64,000 nucleotides of DNA, from contig OX597815.1 of the NCBI GenBank assembly GCA_951406725.2, positions 4,340,001-4,404,000 of the forward strand, written 5' to 3'. This document shows, piece after piece, positions 51,280-63,224 of this stretch. Both the position numbers and the translations under genes were made by a program. A model generated the notes under the pieces. The model saw only the letters and a program-made list of their open reading frames with translations. It had not been told where the DNA came from and made no database searches. Numbering within the stretch: position 1 is the first letter of the stretch; every line of letters starts with the position of its first letter. Origin of the DNA: Octopus vulgaris (lineage: Eukaryota).

Positions 51280-52003
51280 GGCGAGCGAGCTGGCAGAAAC
51301 GTTAGCACGCTGGGCAAAATGCTTAGCAGTGTTTTGCCTGTCTTTATGTTCTGAGTTCAAATTCCGTAGAGGTCGACTTTACCTTTCATCCTTTCGGGGT
51401 CGATAAATTAAGTACCAGTTACGCACTGGGATCGATGTAATCGACTTAATCCCTTTGTCTGTCCTTGTTTGTCCCCTCTGTGTTTAGCTCCTTGTGGGTA
51501 GTAAAGAAATATATTTATGTTCTGAGTTCAAATTCCATAGAGTTCGACTTTGCCTTTCATCCTTTCGGAGTCGATAAATTAAGTACCAGTTACGCACTGG
51601 GATCGATGTAATCGACTTAATCCCTTCGCCTGTCCTTGTTTGTCCCCTTTGTGTTTAGCTCCTTGTGGGTAGTAAAGAAATATATTTATGTTCTGAGTTC
51701 AAATTCCATAGAGTTCGACTTTGCCTTTCATCCTTTCGGAGTCGATAAATTAAGTACCAGTTACGCACTGGGATCGATGTAATCGACTTAATCCCTTTGT
51801 CTGTCCTTGTTTGTCCCCTCTGTGTTTAGCCCCTTGTGGGTAGTAAAGAAATATATTTATGTTCTGAGTTCAAATTCCGTAGAGGTCAACTTTGCCTTTC
51901 ATCCTTTCGGGGTCGATAAATTAAGTACCAGTTGTGTACTGGTGTTGACCTAATCGACTGCCCCCCCCCCCTCCCGCGGGCCTTGTGCCTAGAGTAGAAA
52001 AGA
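51280..52003 (+). mobile_element. SINE family B tandem array (171-bp period)
   Basis: TTTATGTTCTGAGTTC at 51343, 51514, 51685 and 51856; the last unit has a different tail. Confidence 0.88.
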
Positions 52004-54401
52004 ATCTCTGATTTCTCTTCTACCCAGTTTTTTTATTTTTGGCCCCTTTTCCCTCCCCTCTTTTCTGCTCTTCTTGCTCCATTGACTTTACATGTCGAGC
52101 AAAGTACAACCACCACATTTCATTTCTACCTCAGTATTGCAATATCCCCAATACACAACCATACAGGTATGGCTGTGTGGTCAAGAAGTTTGCTTCCCCA
52201 ACCACATGGTTCCAGGTTCAGTCCTACTCTGTGGTACTGTGGGCAAGTATCTTCCCCCATAACTTCGGGCTGACCAAGGCCTTGTGGCACGTAAAAAGCC
52301 CCATCCGAATTGTGGCCGAAGCCAGTGCCGCCTCGACTGGCTTCCGTGCCGGTGGCACGTAAAATGCACCAATCCGACCGTGGCCGTTGCCAGCCTCGCT
52401 TGGCACCTGTGTGGGTGGCACGTATAAAGCACCCACTACACTCACAGTGGTTGGCATTAGGAAGGGCATCCAGCTGTAGAAACACTGCCAGATAAGACTG
52501 GAGCCTGGTGCAGCCTTCTGGCTTCCCAGATCCCCGGTCGAACCGTCCAACCCATGCTAGCATGGAGAACGGACGTTAAACGATGATGATGATGATATAT
52601 ATAACACAAAGTAAGTTAGGGGTTATGGGTGCAACCCACTAAGGGACAGTATTTATCCAATATACTGTTGGTAAAGTACCCAAATTCTTAATACATAAAT
52701 GTTTTTAATTGCAATGCAATTAATTTATTTATTGTATTAAATGGGTGAATGTAATATATATACTTGGTGACCCTGTCAGTGCAGGTGCCACTTAAAAAGC
52801 ACCCAGTCCACATTGTAACATGGTCGGCATTTGGAAGGGCATCCAGCTGTAAAAGCCTTGCCAAAACTGACCTCACCTGTGCTTGTTCCATGTAAAAAGC
52901 ATTAAGTCCATTCTGCTGAGTGGTTGGTGTTAGGATGGGCATCCAACTGTAAAAATCCTGCCAAAAGTCACAGAAGTCTGGTGCCGGCTTCGGCCTGGCC
53001 GGCTTTTGTCAAACCATCCCACCCATGCCAGTATGGAATATAGATGTTAAACGATGATCACACACACACACACACACAATGGGCTTCTTTCAGTTTCCAT
53101 CTACCAAGTGCATTCACAAGGCTTTGGTCGATCTGAGGCTATAGTAGAAGACATTTGCCCAAGGTGCCATGCAGTGGGACTGAACCCAGAGCCATGTGGT
53201 TGGGAAGCTAGCTCCCTACCACACAGTCATGCCAGCACCTGTTTGAATACCTTTCTATACTAAGAGTGTGTAGAATCTAACACATAAGCAAACATGTTCA
53301 TTCATTCATTAAAAGAGACCAAATTGTGTACAGCAGAAAAGGCTCCTCCCCACTGTCCACTTCAACCAATCAGCATTCGCCTTCTTACTAAGCCACACCT
53401 ATTCCCAATAGCCTTATTGTTTATACAACAACCTGACTCTTATCCATTATTGCAATTAGTTATCAGTTTAACGAGTTTCACCTTCCAGGTTTGAAACAGA
53501 AGATGATGACAGGTGATTCCTTGGTTTCTTTTGCCATTCCAGACAAAGATGTGTTCTGACGTTTCCCTGGTGAATGGATTGTATCAATAGAAATAAGATA
53601 GAAATGGTTTGAACAGACACACTTGCATCCATTTACATATATTTACATACACATGCATATATCTATCAATATCTATTTATACACACACACACACACACAC
53701 ACTTTCACATATATATTTAATACACACACACACACACAGGGTGGAGTGTGGTTGTCATGATACTCTTTACTCTTTTACTTGTTTCAGTCATTTGACTGCG
53801 GCCATGCTGGAGCACCGCCTTTAGTCGAAGAAATCAACCCCAGGGCTTATTCTTTGTAAGAAACCTAGTACTTATTTTATCGGTCTCTTTTGCCGAACCG
53901 CTACATTACGGGGATGTAAACACACCAGCATCGGTTGTCAAGCAATGTTGGGACACACACACACACATATATATATAGACATGGTAAACTTAAGTAAACT
54001 TAACTAAGTAAACTTAAGTTTACCATGAAATGGTCCTTTTTCATGCCGAATTCTACTTGGTGAAATTATTGATTACTTCTTAATTAATTAATTTTACCCT
54101 TTGTTGTTATATATATATTGACATATATACGACAGGCTTCTTTCAGTTTCCATCTACCAAATCCACTCACAAGGCTTTCGTTGACCCAAGGCTGTATATA
54201 CATATCATCATCATCATACATACACACACTCACATATATATATACTTGGTGACCCCTGTCAATGTAGGTGCCACTTAAAAAGCACCCAGTCCACATTGTA
54301 ACATGGTTGGTGTTCAGAAGGGCATCCAGCTGGAGCCATGTGGTTGGTAAACAAGCTACTTACCACACAGCCACTCCTGCACCTATATATAATATATATA
54401 T

Positions 54402-54439
<38 letters not shown>

Positions 54440-54818
54440 GAAAGAATGAAAATGTTACTTTTTTTAAAATTAGGTACATTTAAATTTCTTTATATAAATA
54501 CATAAATACATTAAAAAGATGTTTTTGCTTTACATGTTTTGGTTGTTTATAAACCTTATCAAAAATATTTACTTCAATGAAAGATGTAGGGAAAAGAAAT
54601 TATTAATAACATTATTAATAAAATAAACATTCATAGTGTACTTTTCCTGCAAGAGTACGTGGTGATTTTCATGAATTTTCGTGATGTTGCTAGTAGCAAC
54701 TTCAGCTGCTGCCTGCGATGGTAAATTAACCAGTGTGGTCAAAACTGTTTTTAATAAAAGCAGCATTTTTGTTCTTCTTTTTCATAAATATCTACTTACT
54801 CGTGTGTTACCTCTACAT
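54440..54818 (+). mobile_element. AT-rich TIR element (unclassified), left end missing
   Basis: Homologous to 56930-57778 (-); ends ACTTACTCGTGTGTTACCTCTACA. Confidence 0.55.
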
Positions 54819-54829
54819 TTTTAAAAAAA

Positions 54830-55613
54830 CAGTTTCGCATAACCAGCCCCAGCCCATTCAAACGTACCTTGGATCGTAGGGTGACAGGCCATGCTTGAGG
54901 AGACCTATTGAGTCAAGTACATCAACATCAAAATGGAAATTGTAGTTGTTACCCTCGTGCTGGTGGCACATAAAAAGCACCATCCAAACGTGGCCGATGC
55001 CAGCGCCTCCTTGACTGGCTTCTGTGCTGGTGGCACATAAAAAGCACCATCTGAACGTGGCCGATGCCAGCGCCTCCTTGACTAGCTTCTGTGCTGGTGG
55101 CACATAAAAAGCACCATCCAAACGTGGCCGATGCCAGCGCCTCCTTGACTGGCTTCTGTGCTGGTGGCACATAAAAAGCACCATCCGAACGTGGCCGATG
55201 CCAGCGCCGCCTTGACTGGCTTCTGTGCTGGTGGCACATAAAAAGCACCATCCGAACGTGGCCGATGCCAGCGCCGCCTTGACTGGCTTCTGTGTTGGTG
55301 GCACATAAAAAGCACCATCCAAACGTGGCCGATGCCAGCGCCGCCTTGACTGGCTTCTGTGCTGGTGGCACATAAAAAGCACCAACTGATCGTAGCTGTT
55401 GCCAGCCGCTCTCTGGTCCTTGTGCCAGTGGCACGTAAAAATCATCCACTACGCACACGGAGTGGTTGGCATTAGGAAGGGCATCCAGCTGTAGAAACTC
55501 TGCCAGATCAGACTGGAGCCTGGTGCATCCTCCTGGCTTCCCAGACCTTGGTCAAATCGTCCAACCCATGCCAGCATGGAAAGCGGACGTTAAACGATGA
55601 TGATGATGATGAT
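54830..55613 (+). mobile_element. RTE-type 3' end containing a 60-bp array of 7 units (54957-55383)
   Basis: Unit GTGCTGGTGGCACATAAAAAGCACCATCC(G/A)AACGTGGCCGATGCCAGCGCC(G/T)CCTTGACTGGCTTCT; (GAT)n tail. Confidence 0.8.
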
Positions 55614-55615
55614 GC

Positions 55616-56490
55616 CTTACATCTCCACACACAACCCACATAACAACGAGACCTTCAAGACTATACTCCATAGCAGAAGAGGGACCCAAAGATGAATGAA
55701 ATCCTACAAACACACACAATCGTCCAAAGTAAGAGACAGTCAAAACCAATGAAGAGGATTTTAACCCAGGCCAAATTACACTCAACAATAGCTACAAAGC
55801 TGACAGTCAAAAAGTGCGCAAGGCCCAACTGTAGGATCTGTATCAACATAATAGAAGGATCAGGATACCAATTGGAACAAGGCCAAAATTTTGCCATAAA
55901 AACCAACTTTACATGTGCATCAGAGAATTTGATTTACTTAATTACATGCTAGGGATGCAAACGGCAATATATTGGGCACACAAAAAACAGCCTACATCAG
56001 AGGATGGCAGTACACAAATCCCAAATTAGAATTCCAGAATGCAAGAAAATATCGATCAACAAACACATAGATAGGCACATGGCCTAGTAGTTAGAGCAGT
56101 AGACTTGTAGTTGAGGGATCGCGGGTTCGAATCTCAGACCGGGCGATGTGTGTGTTTATGAGCGAAACACCTAAGCTCAACGTGGCTCTGGCAGAAGGTA
56201 ATGGCGAATCTCTGCTGACTCTTTCACCACAACTTTCTCTCACTCTTTCCTCCTGCATCTTGCAGTTCACCTGCGACGGACCGGCGTCCCATCCAGGTGG
56301 GGAACCTATATGCCAAGGAAACCGGCCCTTATGAGCCAGGCATGGGTCGAGAAGGAACAAACAACAACATAGCCAGATGTGCATCCAATAAATATCCCAA
56401 ATTCACAACTTTTCCATTATACAAATTCAAAGACAATGCTAACCAAAAGAAGTATCGACAGAGTCTAAATTCTTTAAGCTCGGAACACTG
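55616..56490 (+). mobile_element. Penelope-like element GIY-YIG region, interrupted by SINE D (about 56073-56365)
   Basis: KKCARPNCRIC...CASENLIYLITC*GCKRQYIGHTKNSLHQRMAVH...KHID, SINE, then RCASNKYPKFTTFPLYK. Confidence 0.85.
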
Positions 56491-56498
56491 AACCTATA

Positions 56499-56710
56499 TA
56501 CTCTTTACCCTTTTACTTGTTTCAGTCATTTGATTGCGGCCATGCTGGAGCACCACCTTTAATCGAACAAACCGACCCCGGGACTTATTCTTTGTAAGCC
56601 TAGTACTTATTCTATCGGTCTCTTTTGCCGAACCGCTAAGTGACGGCGACGTAAACACACCAGCACCAGTTGTCAAGCAATGCTAGGGGGACAAACACAG
56701 ACACACAAAA

Positions 56711-56751
<41 letters not shown>

Positions 56752-56908
56752 TACGACAGGCTTCTTTCAGTTTCCGTCTACCAAATCCACTCACAAGGCT
56801 TTGGTCGGCCCGGGGCTATAGCAGAAGACACTTGCCCAAGATGCCATGCAGTTGGACTGAACCCGGAACCATGTGGTTCGTAAGCAAGCTACTTACCACA
56901 CAGCCACT
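56499..56908 (-). mobile_element. SINE family A
   Basis: Same as 2671-3109. Confidence 0.85.
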
Positions 56909-57186
56909 ATATTATTCATAAGAAATAAAGACGAGACATTGAATAAATCCGTTTCTGTGAAGACTTCAGGGGAGATAACTTTACGATGACTATTATTGCT
57001 GCTGCTGCTGCTTATTTGACTGCTATGGTCACTCCTTTTGAAAGCAGTCTTGACCACAATACTTAATTTACCATCATAGACAGCAGCTGAAGTGGCTACT
57101 GGCATTGCCCCGAAAATTAATGAAAAGTACCAAGTGCTCTTACAGGAAAAATAAAAGTACACTACGAACATTTATTTTATTAATAA

Positions 57187-57586
57187 CTAGCAGTATCGCC
57201 CGGCGTTGCTCGGGTTTGTAAGGGAAATAACTATATAAGCATTTTTAGAGAGTTATAGCCAAAAAATAGCAAAAAAATGCATTAAAAATGGGAAAAAAAT
57301 GATGGTAAATTTTTTTTTAAATCGTTGACTCATCGTAGACATTTTTAGAGAGTTACTTCCCTTATATAATAGCGAAAAAAATGCATTAAAATGGAATAAA
57401 AAATGATGGTAAATTTTTTTTAAATTGTCGACTCATCGTAGACGCGCGCTAATACCCAGAAGGGCTCGATATGAATCACGACTATAAGATACCCGGTTTT
57501 GGTTAAACTGCACCGCAAAATGTGGGAGTAGTTAGGAATCTAAATCGTAGGAGACAGACACACAACTTTACTTTTATATATAAAGA
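57187..57586 (-). mobile_element. Non-autonomous Helitron, same family as 31244-31639
   Basis: A|TC...hairpin...CTAG|T; empty paralogous site at 54599/54600. Confidence 0.9.
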
Positions 57587-58617
57587 TTTCTTTTCCCTAC
57601 ATCTTTCATTTAAGTAAATATTTTTGTTAAGGTTTATAAACAACTGAAACATGTAAAACAAAAACATTCTTTTTAATGTATTCATATAAAGAAATTTAAA
57701 TGAACTTAATTTTAAAAATGTAACATTTTCATTCTTCTTTTTCTTAAATATCAACTTACTCGTGTGTTAGCTCTACATCATCATCATCATCATTTAACAT
57801 CCGCTTTCTATGCTAGCATGGGTTGGACGATTTTGACTGAGGGCTGGCGAACTAGATGGCTGCACCAGGCTCCAATCTTGATCTGGCAGAGTTTCTACAG
57901 CTGAATGCCTTTCCTAACGCCAACCACTCTGAGAGTGTAGTGGGTGCTTTTTACGTGCCACTGGCATGGGGGCCAGTCAGGTGGCACTGGCAATGACCTC
58001 GTTCGAATCTTTTACACATTCCACCGGTACAGGTGCCAGTAAGGTGACGTTGGTAACGATCACGCTCAAATGGTGTCTTTTACATGCCACTGGCTCGGAG
58101 GCTAGATAGCCGCTCTGGCAATGATCACGCTCGGATGGTGCTCTTAATACCCTACTAGCACGGGGCTCGAGTGCCAGTACTATTATAAAAAATATATATG
58201 TGTGTGTGTGAGTGTCTTTGTGTTTGTCTTCCATCACCATTTGACAATTGGTGTTGGTGCGTTTACATCCCTATAACTTACCAGTTTGGCAAAAGGGACC
58301 AATAGAACAAGAACCAGAAATGGGGTCAGGTCATTCGGCTAAAACACTCTTTAAGGTGGTGCTCCAGAATGACCGCAGCCTAATGACTGAAACAAGTGAA
58401 AGACAAAAGAAAAGATGAAAGATATCTATATATTGCCCCTCCTAATGCCAACCACTCCAAGAGTGGTTGGCATTAGGAAGGGCATCCCAGCCATAGAAAC
58501 TGCTAAATCAGACTGGTACAGCTCTTCAACTTACCAGTTCCTGTCAAACCATCCAACCCATGCCAGCATGGAAAGCGGAAGTTAAATGATGATGATGATA
58601 ATGATATATGCATATAT

Positions 58618-59188
58618 AAGCCAAGTGAGACCATAACCTGTGGCCTATGCCAGGGGTGTAACCAGCCCACTTATGCGTACCTTTTCTTCATTGGACACTA
58701 AACTCTGTTTGCGAAGATCTGTTGAAGCAAGTGAAATCAAATTCGATGACTGGCATCTGTGCTAGTGGAGCACTAAGAGCCCCATCCGAGCGTGATTGTT
58801 GTCAGAGCAGCTGCCTGGCTTCTGTGCCGGTGGCACGTAAAAAGCACCATTCAAGCGTGATCATTACCTGTGTCGCCCTACTGGCACGTGAAAAGATATT
58901 TGTGCGAGGTCATTGCCAGTGCTGCTGGACTGGCTCCTGTGCAGGTGGCACATAAAAAACACTATTTGAGCGTGGCCGTTGCCAGTACTACCTGACTGGC
59001 CCTTGTGCCAGTGGCACGTAAAAGCACCCACCACACTCTCAGAGTGGTTGCCGTTACGAAAGGTATCCAGCTGTAGAAATACTACCACATCAGATTGGAG
59101 CCTGGTGCAGCCATCTGGTTCACTAGTCTTCAGTCAAATCGTCCAACCCATGCCAGCATGGAAAGCGAATGTTAAACGATGATGATGA
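58618..59188 (+). mobile_element. RTE-type LINE 3' end
   Basis: Colinear with 21590-22121. Confidence 0.75.
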
Positions 59189-59351
59189 TATATATCATCA
59201 TCATCATCATTTAGCGTCCGTTCTCCATATATATATATATATATATAGTAAATCCAAAAATGAAGAACAAACATAAAAACAACAACGCTAGGACGTGGTA
59301 CATGTAAAATATTAGCATTTGCTCAGGGATGGAAAGAAAGATGGCTGAAAG

Positions 59352-60577
59352 TTTTGAGCAAACGCTCTTCTTCGGAAACAGAGGAAAGTCCAATAGAAGG
59401 GAAGATAGAGGAAGAAAATCACCAACGATTCACATGTGGTTACATTTTATATATGTGACCCCATATATAAAACCCCATATATAAAAACACTTTAGTACCC
59501 ATTCATTTCTTTCTGCGTCTCTTTTTCTGTGTTAGCATGGCTTATACTCTTTTACTCTTTTACTTGTCTCAGTCATTTGACTGCGGCCATGCTGGAGCAC
59601 CGCCTTTAATCGAGCAACTCGACCCCGTGACTTATTCTTTTGTAAGCCCAGTACTTATTCTATCGGTCTCTTTTGCTAAACCGCTAAGTGACGGGGACAT
59701 AAACACACCAGCATCGGTTGTCAAGCAATGTTAGGGGGACAAACACAGACACACAAACACACACACACATATATACATATATATATATAGATATATACGA
59801 CGGGCTTCTTTCAGTTTCCGTCTGCCAAATCCACTCACAAGGCTTTGGTCAGCCTGAGGCTATAGTAGAAGACACTTGCCCAAGGTGCCACGCAGTGGGA
59901 CTGAACCCAGAACCATGTGGTTGGTTAGCAAGCTACTTACCACACAGCCACTCCTGCGCCTATGATCATTTTTGAGCAAACGCTCTTCCTTGGAAACAGA
60001 GGAAAGTCCAATAGAAGGGAAGATATAGGAAGAAAATCACCAATGATTCACATGTGGTTACATTTTATATATGTAACCCCTATATATAAAACTACATATA
60101 AAAACAAACTTTAATACCCATTCATTTCTTTCTGCGTCTCTTTTTCTGTGTTAGCATGGCTTATACTCTTTTACTCTTTTACTGGTCTCAGTCATTTGAC
60201 TGCGGCCATGCTGGAGCACCGCCTTTAATCGAGCAACTCGACCCCGGGACTTATTCATTGTAAATCCAGTACTTATTCTATCGGTCTCTTTTGCCGAACC
60301 GCTAGGTTACGGGGATATAAACACACCAGCATCGGTTGTCAAGCAATGCTAGGGGGACAAACACAGACACACAAACACACACACGCATATATACATATAT
60401 ATATATACATATATACGACGGGCTTCTTTCAGTTTCCGTCTACCAAATCCACTCACAAGGCTTTGGTTGCCCGAGGCTATAGTAGAAGACACTTACCCAA
60501 GGTGCCACGCAGTGGGACTGAACCCGGAACCATGCAGTTGGTAGACAAGCTACTTACCACACAGCCACTCCTGCGCC
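59352..60577. repeat. ~610-bp tandem duplication (PLE fragment + spacer + SINE A)
   Basis: 59352-59961 and 59970-60577 are colinear. Confidence 0.9.
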
Positions 60578-61697
60578 TTATGAGAATATAATATATGATT
60601 GAGGTATAGTTTTACAGCTGAATGTCCTTCGTGCTGCTTATTTTTTCAAGTTAGGCATCCCTCAGCCAAAGTGTTAAGCCTGGTCCCCCTCCCCCAGTGC
60701 TGAAGATTGGCCTGCAAGACTCCTGTGCCGATGTCACATAAAGGCACCCGTGTGGTGTCACATAAAAGTGCCCATGTGGTGGTGCGTAAAAGCACCTGTG
60801 TGGCACTGTGTAAAAATGCCTGTGCAGTGCCACGTAAAAGCCCCAACACACTCTGTAAAGTGGTGGGCATTAGGAAGGGCATCCAGCTGTAGAAACCATG
60901 GCAAGTCAGATTGGGTTCTGGTGCAGCTCCCAAGATTCCTTGCTCTGGTCAAGCCATCGAACCCATGCCAGCCTGGACAGTGGATTTTAAATTATGATGA
61001 TGATGATGATGAATTGTCGACAGAGAAATGGCAACATTGTCACCGGTTGTGAGTTACCAATTTTTGGAGAAGCGCAGACGTATACACACAGACACCTCTC
61101 TAAACACACAACTGATTCCATCCACTAAATATTTGTTCACGAGTCTTTGGTCAGCCTAAGACTATAACCGAAAACATTTGTGCTAGGTACTGCACAGTGG
61201 GATTGAACCCCACACCACATAGTTAGGAAGCAAACTTTTTAACCACACAGATATACCTGTGCCTCTCTCTCTCTCTATCTACACACACTCACAGCACTCC
61301 TTTGGTTACAAATGACTAGTGTTCCAGTTGATCCAATCAGCCTGCTCGTAAAATTAACGTACAAGTGGCTGAGTACTCCACAGACATGTGTGCCCTTAAC
61401 GTAGTTCTCAAGGATATTCAGCATGATACAGGCTGGCCCATTAAATTACTGGTACAACTTATTTTTGCCATACGAGTGGACTGGAGCAAAGTGAAATAAA
61501 GGGTCTTGCTCAGGAACTGAACCTAGCTATTGAAATACCTCTACCCCCCCCCCACCAAGCCAAATTCCTCCACACACACACACACACTCATATACACACA
61601 CACATTCATACAACTGTGTGTGCATTTATAAGAATGACTGTATGCTGTAATCATTCACTAAACTAATTAACAAATGATTTTCTAATTGTTTTTTCAG

Positions 61698-61749
61698 TGC
61701 CCTTATTATTGGCCTCAAAGTGATATGTCTTCAGACAATGAAGCTTATG
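61698..61749 (+). CDS. R7-family RGS protein, exon at the DEP/DHEX junction, 52 nt
   Basis: ttttcag|TGC...TATG|gtaag; CPYYWPQSDMSSDNEAY corresponds to RGS7 TPYFWPSNCWEPENTDY as recalled; phase 0 in, phase 1 out. Confidence 0.9.
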
Positions 61750-62006
61750 GTAAGTTCTTCCTCTTAACTAAAATTCTTTTATTCTTTTACTGGGTTTTAT
61801 CCATTTACTGTGGCCATGCTGGGGCATGACTTTTGAAGAGTTTTAGCCAATTCTATCAAGCCCCACTTCTTATTTTCATCAATCTCTACCAAAATTCTAA
61901 GTTATCTTTTACGTAAAAGGAATATGATATAAACACCTGGTTTACTTCAGTGAACGCAATTAAAGACGGACATAGACAAAGATATCTACACGCATTTATA
62001 TATATA

Positions 62007-62617
62007 CTAGCAGCTAAGCCCGGTCTCACCCGGTCTGTTTGGATGATGTGGCTGTGATCATTTTCGGTTAGGCATAATCTATAACAGTGTTACTCAACCT
62101 TATCATTTTGGGTCCCCTGTTTCGATTGGAGCTTCCCCAACTGTCAGAAAACAGCTTCAGGAGTTATGAAGAAAGAATTTGTACGTAGTCTGTTTCTGAG
62201 AGCTAGTCTATTGAACCTCTGTCTAATCATTAAAACATTGATTTGAAATGGATGTGTGTTTGCGTGTGTGCTTGCGCGTGTGTATGTGAGAGAGAAGAAG
62301 AGAGACAGCATAGCTAAAGTTTTGGCTGACTGTCATCCTGTACTCCCCTTGTTGCTAGCGAAATGATATATGCCGTCTGTGTGAGCAACTGGTTGTTTTT
62401 ATAGCGGAACAAACAGGGGAATTCCATTAGAAAAAGTTTTAATCGATTTTCTCGGTAAGTATGGGGGTTAGGAAAAAAATCCAAACTGTATTCCAATCAA
62501 TTCACCTGTCTCCACACATGTGTGCCAGTCTTCACGCGAATCCACCCAGCCGTTTGGCTGTGAACCTCAAGACAAGAAAGAATACAACGATCGCCCATGT
62601 CCAATTTATATTATAGA
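62007..62617 (-). mobile_element. Non-autonomous Helitron, different family
   Basis: Minus strand A|TCTATAATATAAA start, hairpin CCGG-GTGAGA-CCGG, CTAG|T end. Confidence 0.7.
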
Positions 62618-62894
62618 TAAAGTGGTTGGCTTCAGGAAGGACATCCAGTCATAGGAGCAATTCCAAAACCAACTTTGGGAGCTTGGTGCAATCCCGCCAT
62701 TTTTCAGATCCTGTCAAACCATCCAACCCATGCCAGCATGGAAAACAGACATTAGATGATGATGATGAATACATCCAAAACTCAGAGTTTTATTATGGCA
62801 ACCGAATAATTGTCACATATTATATTACAGATAATTTCTTCTATTTACATAATATTGAGGTCTCATTCATTCTTTTGTTGGCATACTATTACTA

Positions 62895-62932
<38 letters not shown>

Positions 62933-63105
62933 GCTTCTTTCAGTTTCCATCTACCAAATCCACTCACAAGGCTTTGGTCAGCCTGAGGCTATAGTAGAAG
63001 ACACTTGCCCAAGGTACCACGCAGTGGGACTGAACCCAGAACCATGTGGTTGGTAAGCAAGCTATTTACCACACAGCCACTCCTGCGCCTACAAAAACAA
63101 AAATC

Positions 63106-63224
63106 TGTCAGAAGTGGGATTCGAACCCATGGCCACATTTGTGGACCAGAATACTCACAGTTCCAGTTAAGGTGCATTATATGTACCTTGAGTCTGGCGC
63201 CTTAGACTGCTCGGACATCCTGCT
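63106..63224 (-). pseudogene. Intron-containing tRNA-Leu(CAA), probably a pseudogene
   Basis: Minus strand ..CAGGATGTCCGAGCAGTCTAAGGCGCCAGACTCAAG-[35-nt intron 63152-63186]-TTCTGGTCCACAAATGTGGCCATGGGTTCGAATCCCACTTCTGACA then TTTTT; acceptor 5' end, D-loop GG and T-stem are mutated. Confidence 0.85.

Noticed and set aside
54858-55458. Repeat-protein ORFs of 169-195 aa
   Set aside because: Artefact of the 60-bp tandem array in an RTE UTR.
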